In this document: piece by piece, positions 23,913 through 33,421 of the stretch
Numbering within the stretch: the stretch's first letter is position 1
Layout: the number at the start of each line of letters is the position of its first letter
Assembly: GCA_963775425.1 (NCBI GenBank)
Contig: CAVZJB010000003.1
Coordinates: 352,001 to 416,000, forward strand
DNA: 64,000 bases
Direction of reading: 5' to 3'
From: an uncultured delta proteobacterium
GTDB lineage: Bacteria > Myxococcota > UBA727 > VGSZ01
Notes under the pieces: model-generated
The model's input: the letters and a program-made list of their open reading frames with translations, nothing else
The model's database searches: none
What the model was told of the DNA's origin: nothing
Translations under genes and position numbers: made by a program

Positions 23913-24325
23913 AGCTTGCGCTCGCGACCGTTGCGCTCGGGCTCACCGCCTGCCAGGGCGGAGGGCCCGTGCCTGCGCTGTCGAACCTGAGCTTCAACGG
24001 GCCCGCGCCCGACTCCTCCGTGGTGCTGCTCCTCTCCGTCGACTTCGAGGACGACGACGGCGACCTCTCCAAGGGCGACCTCACCACCTTCATCAACCAG
24101 CGGCCGACCAGCGCGGGCGCGCTGCCGCTGCTGCCCATCTTCCTGCAGAGCGGGCTGGACGAAGGCGCAACCGACGGTACGCTCGACTTCGTGCTCGAGC
24201 TGTCGTTCTCCGCGAGCAATCCGCCGGCCTCCGGCTCCAGCTTCACCCTCGGCGCCCGCGCGAGCGACGGCGCCGGTCACACGAGCGGCACGCAGGAGAT
24301 CAAGCTGCGGCTCGAGAACGAGTAG
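23909..24325 (+). CDS. Putative lipoprotein
   Basis: Lipobox LTAC, DxDGD motif, Ig-like beta strands; 4-nt overlap with the upstream gene. Confidence 0.75.
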   Translation: MKLALATVALGLTACQGGGPVPALSNLSFNGPAPDSSVVLLLSVDFEDDDGDLSKGDLTTFINQRPTSAGALPLLPIFLQSGLDEGATDGTLDFVLELSFSASNPPASGSSFTLGARASDGAGHTSGTQEIKLRLENE

Positions 24326-24332
24326 CCCTTTC

Positions 24333-24815
24333 ATGGTCAGCGACAAGCCCGACGACTTCGCCCTCGACGAAGACGACCTCGACGAGGAGGACCCCAAGGA
24401 GCGCGGCTTCGCCAGCAAGATGATCGGTGACCTCGCGCGCCGCGCGTTGATGACCGGCATCGGGGCCGTGTTCATGAGCGAGGAGTCCCTGCGGGGGCAG
24501 CTCTCGGACATGAAGCTGCCCAAGGAGGCGATGCACTACGTGGTGGCGCAGGCGGACAAGACCAAGCGCGAGATCGTCGCCACCATCGCCCGCGAGACGC
24601 GCGAGTTCCTCGGCAAGCTCGAGGTCGACAAGATCCTCGCGCGCGCCCTCGTCGGCACCACCATCGAGATCCAGACGCGCATCCGCGTGCTTCCCAAGGA
24701 GGGCGGCGGCGTCGCCCACGAGGTGGAGACCAGCGAGATGACCCTCGCCCCCGAGGACAAGCCGCACACCACGCGCAAGCGCAAGCGCCGCAAAGACGAC
24801 GACGCCGACTCCTGA
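24333..24815 (+). CDS. Hypothetical protein (phasin/granule-associated-like)
   Basis: RALMTGIGAVFMSEE helical motif, typical coding bias. Confidence 0.7.
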   Translation: MVSDKPDDFALDEDDLDEEDPKERGFASKMIGDLARRALMTGIGAVFMSEESLRGQLSDMKLPKEAMHYVVAQADKTKREIVATIARETREFLGKLEVDKILARALVGTTIEIQTRIRVLPKEGGGVAHEVETSEMTLAPEDKPHTTRKRKRRKDDDADS

Positions 24816-24864
24816 GCGGACCCGCGCGGCGCGCCCGACCGCGACTCGGGAGCTGCTCGGGGAG

Positions 24865-25866
24865 CTACTCGGGGAGGGGGGTGGCCTCGTCCTTGAGCTT
24901 CTTGATGCGCGAGGTGACCGAGGCGTCGGGGATGAGGTTCACGCGCACGCCCTGAACCTGCAAGAACTCGCGCACGGTCTGCTCGTCGATGCCGTCGACC
25001 TTGGTGAGGGTCTTGTCGAACCGCGCGAGCACGCCGTCGAGGCGGCGGGCGGCGGTGCGGAAGTCGGCCATGGCCGTGCGCATGTCCGTGGTGATCTTGT
25101 CGATGTTCTCCGCCGCCGGTCCGACGCGGCCCGCGGCGTCCTCGATCATCTTCGGGTCGATGCCGGCGAGGATGTCGTCGAGGCGCTTGGACGAGCTCTC
25201 GAGGCGATCGGCGAGCGGCGGGCCCCGGTCGCGCATCAGCGCGAGCACGGCGGCGGCGTCGTCGCCGGAGCCTTGCACGAGCTTGTTGGTGGTCTTCACG
25301 AGCTGGCGGACGTCGGCGAGGGTGTCGATGAGCTCGTGCTCGAGCTTGTCCGCGCCCTCGCGCTGCAACATGCCGTCCACGCGCGCGACCGCGCTCTCGA
25401 GCGGCGGCGCGATGTTGTTCATCCTGTCGACGAGCAGCGAGACGTCACGGATGACCTTGTCGATCTCCACCGTGGGCACGTTCTGATCGAGCACCGAGCC
25501 CGGAGCGAGCACCGCGGCCGGCGGCGCGCCCGGGTCCAGGTCGACGTACTTCTCGCCCAGGAGCGTCTTTTGGCGGAGCGCCGCCCTGGCGTCTTTGTGC
25601 AGCGCCACCTTGGGATCGATGGCGATGGTGACGCGCGCGCGGCGGCCCTCCACCCGGATGTCGTCGACGACGCCGATCTTCACGCCGGCGACCGCGACGG
25701 CGTTGTCCTCGGAGAGGCCGAGCGCGGAGTCGAGCATCAGCACGTAGCGGTGGGCGTTGCGCGGCGCGCCGCCGCCGACGGCGAACGTGAGCCACACGAA
25801 CGCAGCGAGCACGCCCACGACGAGCACGCCCAAGGCGGCCTCGGCCTTCCACGAACCCGGCTCCAC
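24865..25866 (-). CDS. mlaD: MlaD/MCE family protein
   Basis: N-terminal TM, GL...V.VAGVKIG.V, TLLGEKYVDL.PG, long helical tail. Confidence 0.9.
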   Translation of the reverse strand: MEPGSWKAEAALGVLVVGVLAAFVWLTFAVGGGAPRNAHRYVLMLDSALGLSEDNAVAVAGVKIGVVDDIRVEGRRARVTIAIDPKVALHKDARAALRQKTLLGEKYVDLDPGAPPAAVLAPGSVLDQNVPTVEIDKVIRDVSLLVDRMNNIAPPLESAVARVDGMLQREGADKLEHELIDTLADVRQLVKTTNKLVQGSGDDAAAVLALMRDRGPPLADRLESSSKRLDDILAGIDPKMIEDAAGRVGPAAENIDKITTDMRTAMADFRTAARRLDGVLARFDKTLTKVDGIDEQTVREFLQVQGVRVNLIPDASVTSRIKKLKDEATPLPE

Positions 25867-25920
25867 GGCCCGACGCTACCACCCGGCTCGCCGCCTCGCG
25901 ACATCGCGGCGGCGTCGCCG

Positions 25921-26721
25921 TCACCCCGCCGCGGGGTCGCGATCGGGGGGGACGCGGTCGAGGAACGGTCTGAGCGGCGCCTCCTGTGACGCCCACAGCT
26001 CTTCGCGCGTGCCCCACGCGCGCAGCTTGCCGTCGAGCAGGAAGCCCACGTAGTGCGCGATGCGCGAGGCGCTGGTGACGTCGTGGGTGATGACGACGAA
26101 GGTGGTCCCGAGGCGCGCCTGCGTCTCCACCACGAGCTCGTCGATGGCGGCGCTGGTCTGTGGGTCGAGGCCGCTCGTCGGCTCGTCGAAGAGCACCATC
26201 TCGGGCTCGAGCGCGATGGCGCGCGCGAGCGCCACGCGCTTCCTCTGTCCGCCCGACAGGGCGTCGGGCATGCGCTCGCCCACGCCCGGCAGGCCGACGA
26301 GCGTGAGCAGCTCCTCGGCGCGCTCGCGCGCCCGCTTCATCGGCACGTTGCCCACGCGGCGCAGGGGGAACGCGACGTTCTCGGAGACGCTCAAGGAGCC
26401 GAACAGGGCGTTGTCTTGAAAGAGCATCCCCATCCGGCGCCGCAGCGCGAACAGCCCTGCGCGCGACAGCGAGAACACGTCCTGGCCGAGGGAGAAGACG
26501 CGGCCGGCGTCGGGCCGCAGGAGCCCGGTGGCCATGCGCAGCAGCGTGCTCTTGCCGCTGCCGGAGGGCCCGAGCAGCACCGTGGTCCTGCCCGCCGGGA
26601 TCTCGAGGTCGAGCCCCTCAACGACGGTGCGGGCGCCGAAGCGCTTGGTGACCTGCTGAAACGCGATCGAGCCCGAGGGAGCTTCCGCCGCGTGGCTCGC
26701 CGTGCGGTCTTCGGCCGTCAT
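25921..26721 (-). CDS. mlaF: MlaF-type ABC transporter ATP-binding protein
   Basis: GPSGSGKS, LFQ..ALF, LSGGQRKR, DEPTSGLDP, ITHD. Confidence 0.92.
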   Translation of the reverse strand: MTAEDRTASHAAEAPSGSIAFQQVTKRFGARTVVEGLDLEIPAGRTTVLLGPSGSGKSTLLRMATGLLRPDAGRVFSLGQDVFSLSRAGLFALRRRMGMLFQDNALFGSLSVSENVAFPLRRVGNVPMKRARERAEELLTLVGLPGVGERMPDALSGGQRKRVALARAIALEPEMVLFDEPTSGLDPQTSAAIDELVVETQARLGTTFVVITHDVTSASRIAHYVGFLLDGKLRAWGTREELWASQEAPLRPFLDRVPPDRDPAAG

Positions 26722-27455
26722 CGGGCCATCCCGCCGTAGACGACCCACGTGAGCACCAGGCTCGCCGCGCACACCACGACCATCGCGCGGATGACCGCCT
26801 TGTTCGTCGCGCGGCCGACGCCGGCGGCGCCCCCGGTGGCGGCGAGCCCCTCGCGCGCGGCGATGGCCGCGAGGAGGAAGCCGAGCACCGCGCCCTTGCC
26901 GGCGCCGACGACGAGGTCGGCGACCGTGACGCCTTGCCACAGGTGCGACCACATGGCGCCGCGGTCGATGCCGAGCTGCCACGCGCCCACCGCCTGCGAT
27001 CCGAGCATGCCTGCGCCGCACGCGACCACCACGCACAGCGGGGTCCCGAGCACGGCGGCGAGCACGCGCGGGGCCACCAGGAGCCGCACCGGGTCGAGGC
27101 CCATCACCTCGAGCGCGTCGATCTGCTGCGTGGTGCGCATGGTGCCGATCTCGCTGGCGAACTCGGCGCCGCTGCGGGCCGCGACGGCGGCGGCGGCGAG
27201 GAGCGGGAACACGTCGCGCACGCCGCCGAAGCCGACGACGAGCCCGGCCATCTCGCCGCCGCCGACCACGGCGAGCGACGAGGCCGCCTGCACCGTGAGC
27301 ATGGCGCCGCCGAAGAACACCACGGCGAACACCACCGGCACCGACGTGGTCACCAGCCGCACGAACACGAGCAGCGTGTCGACGACGGGCGGCCCGCGCA
27401 GGACCGCGAGGAGCGCGCGCGGGAGGAAGCCGAGCACGGCCGCGATCTCCCTCAC
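26718..27455 (-). CDS. mlaE: MlaE family ABC permease
   Basis: RSGA..ASEIGTMR.TQQIDALEVMG.DP..LV.PR, GVGRATNKAV. Confidence 0.9.
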   Translation of the reverse strand: MREIAAVLGFLPRALLAVLRGPPVVDTLLVFVRLVTTSVPVVFAVVFFGGAMLTVQAASSLAVVGGGEMAGLVVGFGGVRDVFPLLAAAAVAARSGAEFASEIGTMRTTQQIDALEVMGLDPVRLLVAPRVLAAVLGTPLCVVVACGAGMLGSQAVGAWQLGIDRGAMWSHLWQGVTVADLVVGAGKGAVLGFLLAAIAAREGLAATGGAAGVGRATNKAVIRAMVVVCAASLVLTWVVYGGMAR

Positions 27456-28249
27456 GGCTGGCCTCCGTGCAGGCCGAAGGCGAACGTGTTCACCAGGTAG
27501 TTGGCGACGAGCACCACGATCACGGAGGCGACCACCGCGCGGTTGGCGGCCTTGCCGACGCCCGCGGGCCCGAGCGGCGCGAAGAAGCCGGCCGTGGCGC
27601 AGACGGCGCCGAGGCCGGCGCCGAAGATCACGCACTTGAGCTCGCTCACCCAGACGTCCATGACGCCGATGCCCTCCAGGGCGGTGTCGAGGAACAGCGC
27701 GCGGGGGACGCCGAGGAGCACCACGGCCATCACGAAGGCGCCGAAGCAGCCGGCGGCGATGGCGACGGCGTTCATGAGCGGCGCCGCGAGCGCGGCCCCG
27801 ACGATGCGCGGGCCGGCGACGGTGGCGCGCGGGTCGACGCCCATGACGGCGAGCGCGTCGAGCTCGGCGTCGTTCCGCATGGCCCCGAGCTCGGCCGCGA
27901 TGCCCGCGCCCCCTTGCATGGCGACGACGACGGCGGCGAAGCCGGGCGCGAGCTCGCGCACGATGGTGGCGACGCACATCGGAGCGAGCGCGCGCTCGAA
28001 ACCGAAGCTGCGCATGAGCGTGAGCGCCTGCAGCGCGAGCATGGCGCCGACGGGCGCGCACACGAGCGCCACCGGCGCCGCGCACCGTCGCGCGATCTGC
28101 ACCGCGTGCTGCGCGCAGGCCTGCACGCCCTCGCGCGTGCGCAGCGCGCCGGCGACGGCCGGGAACGAAAATGCGAGCACCCGGCCCGTGGCGCCGAGGA
28201 AGCCCACGGTGCCACGGCCGATGCTCGCAAACGGCGCGACCGGATTCAC
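27452..28249 (-). CDS. mlaE: MlaE family ABC permease
   Basis: RELAP, AAELGAMR..ELDAL.VMGVDP, GVGKAANRAVV. Start approximate. Confidence 0.9.
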   Translation of the reverse strand: MNPVAPFASIGRGTVGFLGATGRVLAFSFPAVAGALRTREGVQACAQHAVQIARRCAAPVALVCAPVGAMLALQALTLMRSFGFERALAPMCVATIVRELAPGFAAVVVAMQGGAGIAAELGAMRNDAELDALAVMGVDPRATVAGPRIVGAALAAPLMNAVAIAAGCFGAFVMAVVLLGVPRALFLDTALEGIGVMDVWVSELKCVIFGAGLGAVCATAGFFAPLGPAGVGKAANRAVVASVIVVLVANYLVNTFAFGLHGGQP

Positions 28250-28324
28250 CCGGGTGACTCTAGTGCAGCCGTCCACGACGTGGAGCCGCGCGCGCCAAGC
28301 GGCGCGCCCCACGACGCCGGCGCG

Positions 28325-29113
28325 TCAGCCCTTCTTCGGGGTGCCGCGGCCGATGAGGACCTTCTTGAGCACCACGTCCTTGAGCGGGCGGGAGTGCGCG
28401 GGATCGTTGGGGTCCTTTTCGACATGCGTGATCTTCGGGACGACGTCGGCGCCGTCGATGAGCTTGCCGAAGAGGTTGTAGTGGCCGTTCAACCAGGGCG
28501 TGGCGTTCTCCGTGATGAAGAATTGCGAGCCGTTGGTGTTGGGTCCGCTGTTGGCCATGGCGAGGATGCCCTTGTCGTCGAAGCGCAGGTCCGGACGGAA
28601 TCTCGTCCTCGAACTTGTAGCCGGGGCCGCCGGTGCCGTTGCCGAGCGGATCGCCGCCCTGGATCATGAATTTGGGGATGACGCGGTGAAAGATGGTGCC
28701 GTCGTACAGCGGCTTGCCCTTCATCTGCTTGTGCGTCTTGGGGTCGGTCCACTCCTTGGTGCCCTCGGCGAGCCCCACGAAGTTCTCGACGGTGCGCGGC
28801 GCCTTCTCCCAGAACAGCTCCGCCGTCATGGTCCCCATCGACGTGACGAAGGTGGCGTAGAGCTTGTCTCCCGGCTTGATGCCGAGCGCCTTGGCGGTCT
28901 CCTCGGCGTTCGCCGCCGGCGCCGGCGCGTCGGCCTTGGCCTTGGCCTGGGCGAGCTGGCGCTCCAGCGAGGACTTGCTGCTCTGGGCGTTCTTGAGGCT
29001 CTGCTGGCACGTCTTGAGCTCGTCGCCGAGCTTCTTGTTTTGTTCCTCGAGCTCCTTGGCGTTGCAGGACACCGAGAGGAGCGCGACGGCGGCAAACGCG
29101 AGGAGGCGCATGA

Positions 29114-29117
<4 letters not shown>
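28325..29117 (-). CDS. Cyclophilin-type peptidyl-prolyl isomerase lipoprotein, split by a 1-nt frameshift near 28600 (sequencing error or pseudogene)
   Basis: Lipobox SVSC, coiled coil and [15 protein letters not shown] in one frame; [29 protein letters not shown] in another. Confidence 0.85.
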
Positions 29118-29638
<521 letters not shown>

Positions 29639-29656
29639 GCGCCGGGGGTACGGCGA

Positions 29657-30253
29657 CTAGGTGAGCTTCGTCAAGATGGCGAAGAGGCCCTCGGTGTTGA
29701 GGATCGTCGCGACGACGTCTCCGAAGCGCACCGTGTTGCCCGGCTGCACGGGGACGGGCTGCCCCTCGCCGTGGCGGGGGACGGGGGTGTCACCGAGGAA
29801 GGTGCCGTTGGACGAGCGCGCGTCCTGGAGCATCCATGTGCTCCCCATGTCCCGGAAGAACGCGTGGAAGCGCGAGATGCTCGCGTGAGGGAGGAAGACG
29901 TCGTTGCCCTCGTTGCGGCCGACGGCGATCCAGTCGAATTGCGAGCCGGCCCGGCGCTTGAGCGGGAACACCGCCGACGGCGGCAGAATGGGCGCCGGCC
30001 TGCCCGCGCTCGGATGGGTCTTGGAGGTGTCGCTGGCGGCGCCCGCGATGTCCGCGATGTGCACGAGGAGGAAGAGCTTGCCGTGCGCGGCCCGAAAGTC
30101 CTCGAACGACATCGAGCGCGCCTCGTGGCGCATGTCTGCGATGGGGATCCCGTTGCCGAACGTCATCTGAGCCGGTGTGGCGGCGAGCTTATGCGGGACG
30201 CCCGCCGCGGGTCCGGATCCGGTCGATTTCGGCTTGTCGACACGGTGCGTCAT
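29657..30253 (-). CDS. FHA domain protein
   Basis: VGR...ND, SISRFHA, D..SSNGT. Start uncertain (30253 or 30166). Confidence 0.85.
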   Translation of the reverse strand: MTHRVDKPKSTGSGPAAGVPHKLAATPAQMTFGNGIPIADMRHEARSMSFEDFRAAHGKLFLLVHIADIAGAASDTSKTHPSAGRPAPILPPSAVFPLKRRAGSQFDWIAVGRNEGNDVFLPHASISRFHAFFRDMGSTWMLQDARSSNGTFLGDTPVPRHGEGQPVPVQPGNTVRFGDVVATILNTEGLFAILTKLT

Positions 30254-30290
30254 GTGTAGTTTTGACGCATCGCAGCAAAGGAGACCCGCG

Positions 30291-30458
30291 ATGCCCACCA
30301 AGAAGAAGACCACCGCCAGGACCGCCCCCCAGATGACCCTCCGCGAGCACGCCGTCGTCGCCGCCCGCGCCTGGCTGAGCGACGTGCAGATGCGCGCCGA
30401 GAGCCAGCTCGACGCGCTGCTCGAACGGCTGGGGCTCGTGCGCAAGAGCCAGGTGTAG
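30291..30458 (+). CDS. Small phasin-like hypothetical protein
   Basis: AAAGGAG RBS upstream; LLERLGL..KS motif resembles phasin C-termini. Confidence 0.6.
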   Translation: MPTKKKTTARTAPQMTLREHAVVAARAWLSDVQMRAESQLDALLERLGLVRKSQV

Positions 30459-30468
30459 AGTCGTTGCC

Positions 30469-30816
30469 ATGACCAATCTGCCCAAGCGTTTGCGGGAAGC
30501 GTGGCACAACACCGTCGGCAATTTCGCCACCGACGACAAGGGCACGGCGAGCCTGCTGCAGCGGCTCGTCGACTTCGGCCAGCTCTCGGCGGAGGAGGCC
30601 AAGAAGGTCCTCGCCGAGGCGCGCCAGAAGATCGACGCCAACAAGGGCGAGCTCGATCGGCGCGTGGACGAGTCCATCAAGCGCACCGTCGATCGCTTCA
30701 CCGAGTCCAAAGAGGTCAAGCGTCTGGAGGAGCGCGTCGACGAGCTCGAGCAGAAGCTCACCGCGCTCGAAGCTCCCGACGGCGCGTCCGCGGGCGCCCC
30801 CTCCGGCCGCGATTGA
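30469..30816 (+). CDS. Phasin-family / PHA granule-associated-like protein
   Basis: LV..GQLSAEEAKK, ELDRRVDE, EVKRLEERVDELE coiled coil. Confidence 0.7.
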   Translation: MTNLPKRLREAWHNTVGNFATDDKGTASLLQRLVDFGQLSAEEAKKVLAEARQKIDANKGELDRRVDESIKRTVDRFTESKEVKRLEERVDELEQKLTALEAPDGASAGAPSGRD

Positions 30817-30826
30817 TCGGCCGACG

Positions 30827-31939
30827 ATGATCGCCGACGGGCCGCTGCCGGGCTTCGACGACGCCTGTGTCCTCCGCGCGCTCGGCGTCGCGGAGGACGC
30901 GGGCGCCCCGACAAAGCGCGACGGCTCCCTCCCCGCCCCCTTCGCCGGCCCCGTCGTGTTCCGCGCCGGCGCCGACGACTTCGTCGTCGAGGAGATCCCC
31001 GCGTACCTCCCGTGCGGCGAGGGCGAGCACCTCTATCTCCTCGTCGAGAAGCGCGGGGTGTCCACGCCGGCGCTGGTCAAGCGGATGCAAGCCCGCTTCT
31101 CGCTCGACGAGCGCGAGATCGGCTACGCCGGCCGCAAGGACGAGCGCGGGGTCACGCGGCAGTGGCTGAGCGCCCCCGCCCGCAAGGTCGCCGATCCCGC
31201 CGCGCTCGAGGGCGAGGGCGTCCGCGTGCTCGAGACGGGGCTTCACAAAAACAAGCTCCGCCTCGGGCACCTGCGCGGGAACCGCTTCACCGTTCGCTTG
31301 TCCGGCGCGGTCGACGCGGCCGTCCTGCGGGATCGTGTGACGGCGGTCGCAGCGGGCGTCCCCAACCTCTTCGGGGCCCAGCGCTTCGGCCCCGACGACG
31401 GCACCCTCCGGCAGGCCGAGGCATTCGTGTCGCGGTCCCGGCCGGCGCGGTCCCGCCGGGACGAGTTCCTCGTCTCCGCCGTGCAATCCGCCCTGTTCAA
31501 CGCCTGGCTGGCCGACCGCGTCGACGACGGCACGTGGGCGACGCCCGTCCTCGGCGACGTGCTCGAGAAGACCGACAACGGCGCCCCCTTCGTGTGCACC
31601 GACCCTGTCGTCGACGGCGCGCGCGCGGCCGCCGGCGAGGTGCGCGTGGCGGGCCCGCTGCTCGGGCGCGCGATGCGGCCTGCGGAGAGCGACGCCATGA
31701 CACGTGAGTCGCGATCGTGGTCGCGGCTGGGTGTGCGCATCGATGCGCTCCTCGCCCACCCCGCGTTCCGGATCGGCGCTCGACGCGGCGCGTGCCTCCG
31801 GCCCGGGGACCTCGCCTTCGACGTCGTGGAAGGCGGCGTATCCCTGCGTTTCTCCTTGGAGAAGGGCGCGTACGCGAGCGTGGTGCTGCGCGCGCTCGTG
31901 GGCCGCGCGCTCGTCGACGCCGCCTTCCTTCCCGCCTGA
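30827..31939 (+). CDS. truD: tRNA pseudouridine(13) synthase
   Basis: DFVVEE, YAGRKDERGVTRQW, LG.L.GNRF, PN.FG.QRFG, F.L.KG.YA. Confidence 0.93.
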   Translation: MIADGPLPGFDDACVLRALGVAEDAGAPTKRDGSLPAPFAGPVVFRAGADDFVVEEIPAYLPCGEGEHLYLLVEKRGVSTPALVKRMQARFSLDEREIGYAGRKDERGVTRQWLSAPARKVADPAALEGEGVRVLETGLHKNKLRLGHLRGNRFTVRLSGAVDAAVLRDRVTAVAAGVPNLFGAQRFGPDDGTLRQAEAFVSRSRPARSRRDEFLVSAVQSALFNAWLADRVDDGTWATPVLGDVLEKTDNGAPFVCTDPVVDGARAAAGEVRVAGPLLGRAMRPAESDAMTRESRSWSRLGVRIDALLAHPAFRIGARRGACLRPGDLAFDVVEGGVSLRFSLEKGAYASVVLRALVGRALVDAAFLPA

Positions 31940-32004
31940 TCGGTGCGCCGGCGTCGGCGCGGGCGAGCTTCTTGCTCAATCCCCTCCGCTCCCCCGGAGG
32001 CCCC

Positions 32005-33318
32005 ATGCCCCCTACGTCCCGCACCCGCGCCACGCGCGCGGCCGTCATCGACCTCGACGCTGCGTCGCTCCTCGCGGACGCGCACACCAAGAACGCCGCG
32101 AGCGCGGCGGCTCCAACCGTCGACGACGTCGACGTCGCCGCGCCCCGCGCGCGGCCGGCGATCGTGCGCGCGCGCGCGCCGGCGTCGCGGCCGGACAAGG
32201 CGTCGTTGCCGAAGCCCGCGAAGGCGCGCCGCGATCCCGGGCGCGACGAGCTCCTGTCCGACTACCTCTCGTCGCTCGGGGGCATCCCCTTGCTGACGCC
32301 CGAGGGCGAGAAGGATCTCGCCGCCCGCTTCCGCGATGCCGAGGTCCGCTGTTGGCGGCGGCTCCTCGGCGTCGCGGACGTGCGGACCTCGCTGGCCGCG
32401 CACCCGGCGCTGCACGACGCCACCGAGCCCGTGCGCGCCGCGCTCGACCGCGGCGACGCCCTCGACGACGTCGCCGACGCGATGCGTGAGCTCGACGACG
32501 ATCGCGTCCTCATCGACGACGTCATCGCGTCGCTGGCGCGCGCGAGCAGCCGCCACGCCGGCGTGGTCCTCGGCGAGGTGCGCACGCTGCGTCGGCGCGC
32601 GCTCGAGCTGCGCAACCGCTTCGTGCGCGCCAACCTGCGCCTCGTGGTGAGCGTTGCGCGGCGCTTCCATCACTACCGGCTGCCGCTCATCGATCTCATC
32701 CAGGAGGGGAACCTCGGGCTCATCAAGAGCGTGCATCGCTTCGATCACCGAAAGGGCTTCCGCTTCTCCACCTATGCGCACTGGTGGATCCGCCAGGCCA
32801 TCGAGCGCGCCATCATGAACAAGGGCGCGCAGGTGCGCTTGCCCGTGCACGTCTTCGACGCGCGCCGCGAGGTCGCCAAGGCCACGCGCGATCTGCACGC
32901 GCAGCTCGGCCGCGACCCGAGCACCGCCGAGCTCGCCCAGCAACTGCAGCTCCCCGTCGAGAAGCTCGAGGAGGTGCTGCGCGCGGTGCCGCGGGAGCCG
33001 CAGTCCCTCGAGGATCCGATCGGCGACGACGAGGAGCGAACGCTCGGCGAGGTCATCTGCGATCGTGACGCGCTCTTGCCGGACGAGCACGTCATCCAGG
33101 TCGACGAAGAGGGCTGGGTGCGCCGGGTGCTCACGCGCTTGTCGCCCATGGAGGTCGACATCATCCGGCGCCGCTACGGCCTGGACACCGACGAGGACGA
33201 GACCCTCGAGGAGATCGGCCGGAGCTACAACCTGAGCCGCGAGCGCGTGCGGCAGATCCAGGTGCAGGGTCTGAAGAAGATCCAGAAGTATGTCGAGGTC
33301 CGCCTGAGCGCCGGCTGA
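32005..33318 (+). CDS. RNA polymerase sigma-70 family factor (RpoD-like group, no clear region 1.1)
   Basis: ANLRLVVSVA, DLIQEGNLGL, GFRFSTYAHWWIRQAI, TLEEIG..LSRERVRQI. Confidence 0.93.
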   Translation: MPPTSRTRATRAAVIDLDAASLLADAHTKNAASAAAPTVDDVDVAAPRARPAIVRARAPASRPDKASLPKPAKARRDPGRDELLSDYLSSLGGIPLLTPEGEKDLAARFRDAEVRCWRRLLGVADVRTSLAAHPALHDATEPVRAALDRGDALDDVADAMRELDDDRVLIDDVIASLARASSRHAGVVLGEVRTLRRRALELRNRFVRANLRLVVSVARRFHHYRLPLIDLIQEGNLGLIKSVHRFDHRKGFRFSTYAHWWIRQAIERAIMNKGAQVRLPVHVFDARREVAKATRDLHAQLGRDPSTAELAQQLQLPVEKLEEVLRAVPREPQSLEDPIGDDEERTLGEVICDRDALLPDEHVIQVDEEGWVRRVLTRLSPMEVDIIRRRYGLDTDEDETLEEIGRSYNLSRERVRQIQVQGLKKIQKYVEVRLSAG

Positions 33319-33360
33319 GCGTCACGCGGCGGCGCCGGGAGCGGATCTGCGCGGCTGCTA

Positions 33361-33381
33361 CGGGCGTTCGACGGATGCCCG
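33361..33381 (+). terminator. GC-rich hairpin downstream of the sigma factor, possible terminator
   Basis: cgggcgttc-gac-ggatgcccg stem with G-U pairs; no strong U-tract. Confidence 0.35.
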
Positions 33382-33421
33382 CTGCCGCCGCGCGCTCGCC
33401 TCGCTGGGTTATCGTGGCCGC

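Noticed and set aside
24865-28249. Mla/MCE operon lacking mlaA/B/C as a novel system
   Set aside because: Two permeases, an ATPase and a long-helix MCE protein is a common arrangement outside enterobacteria.
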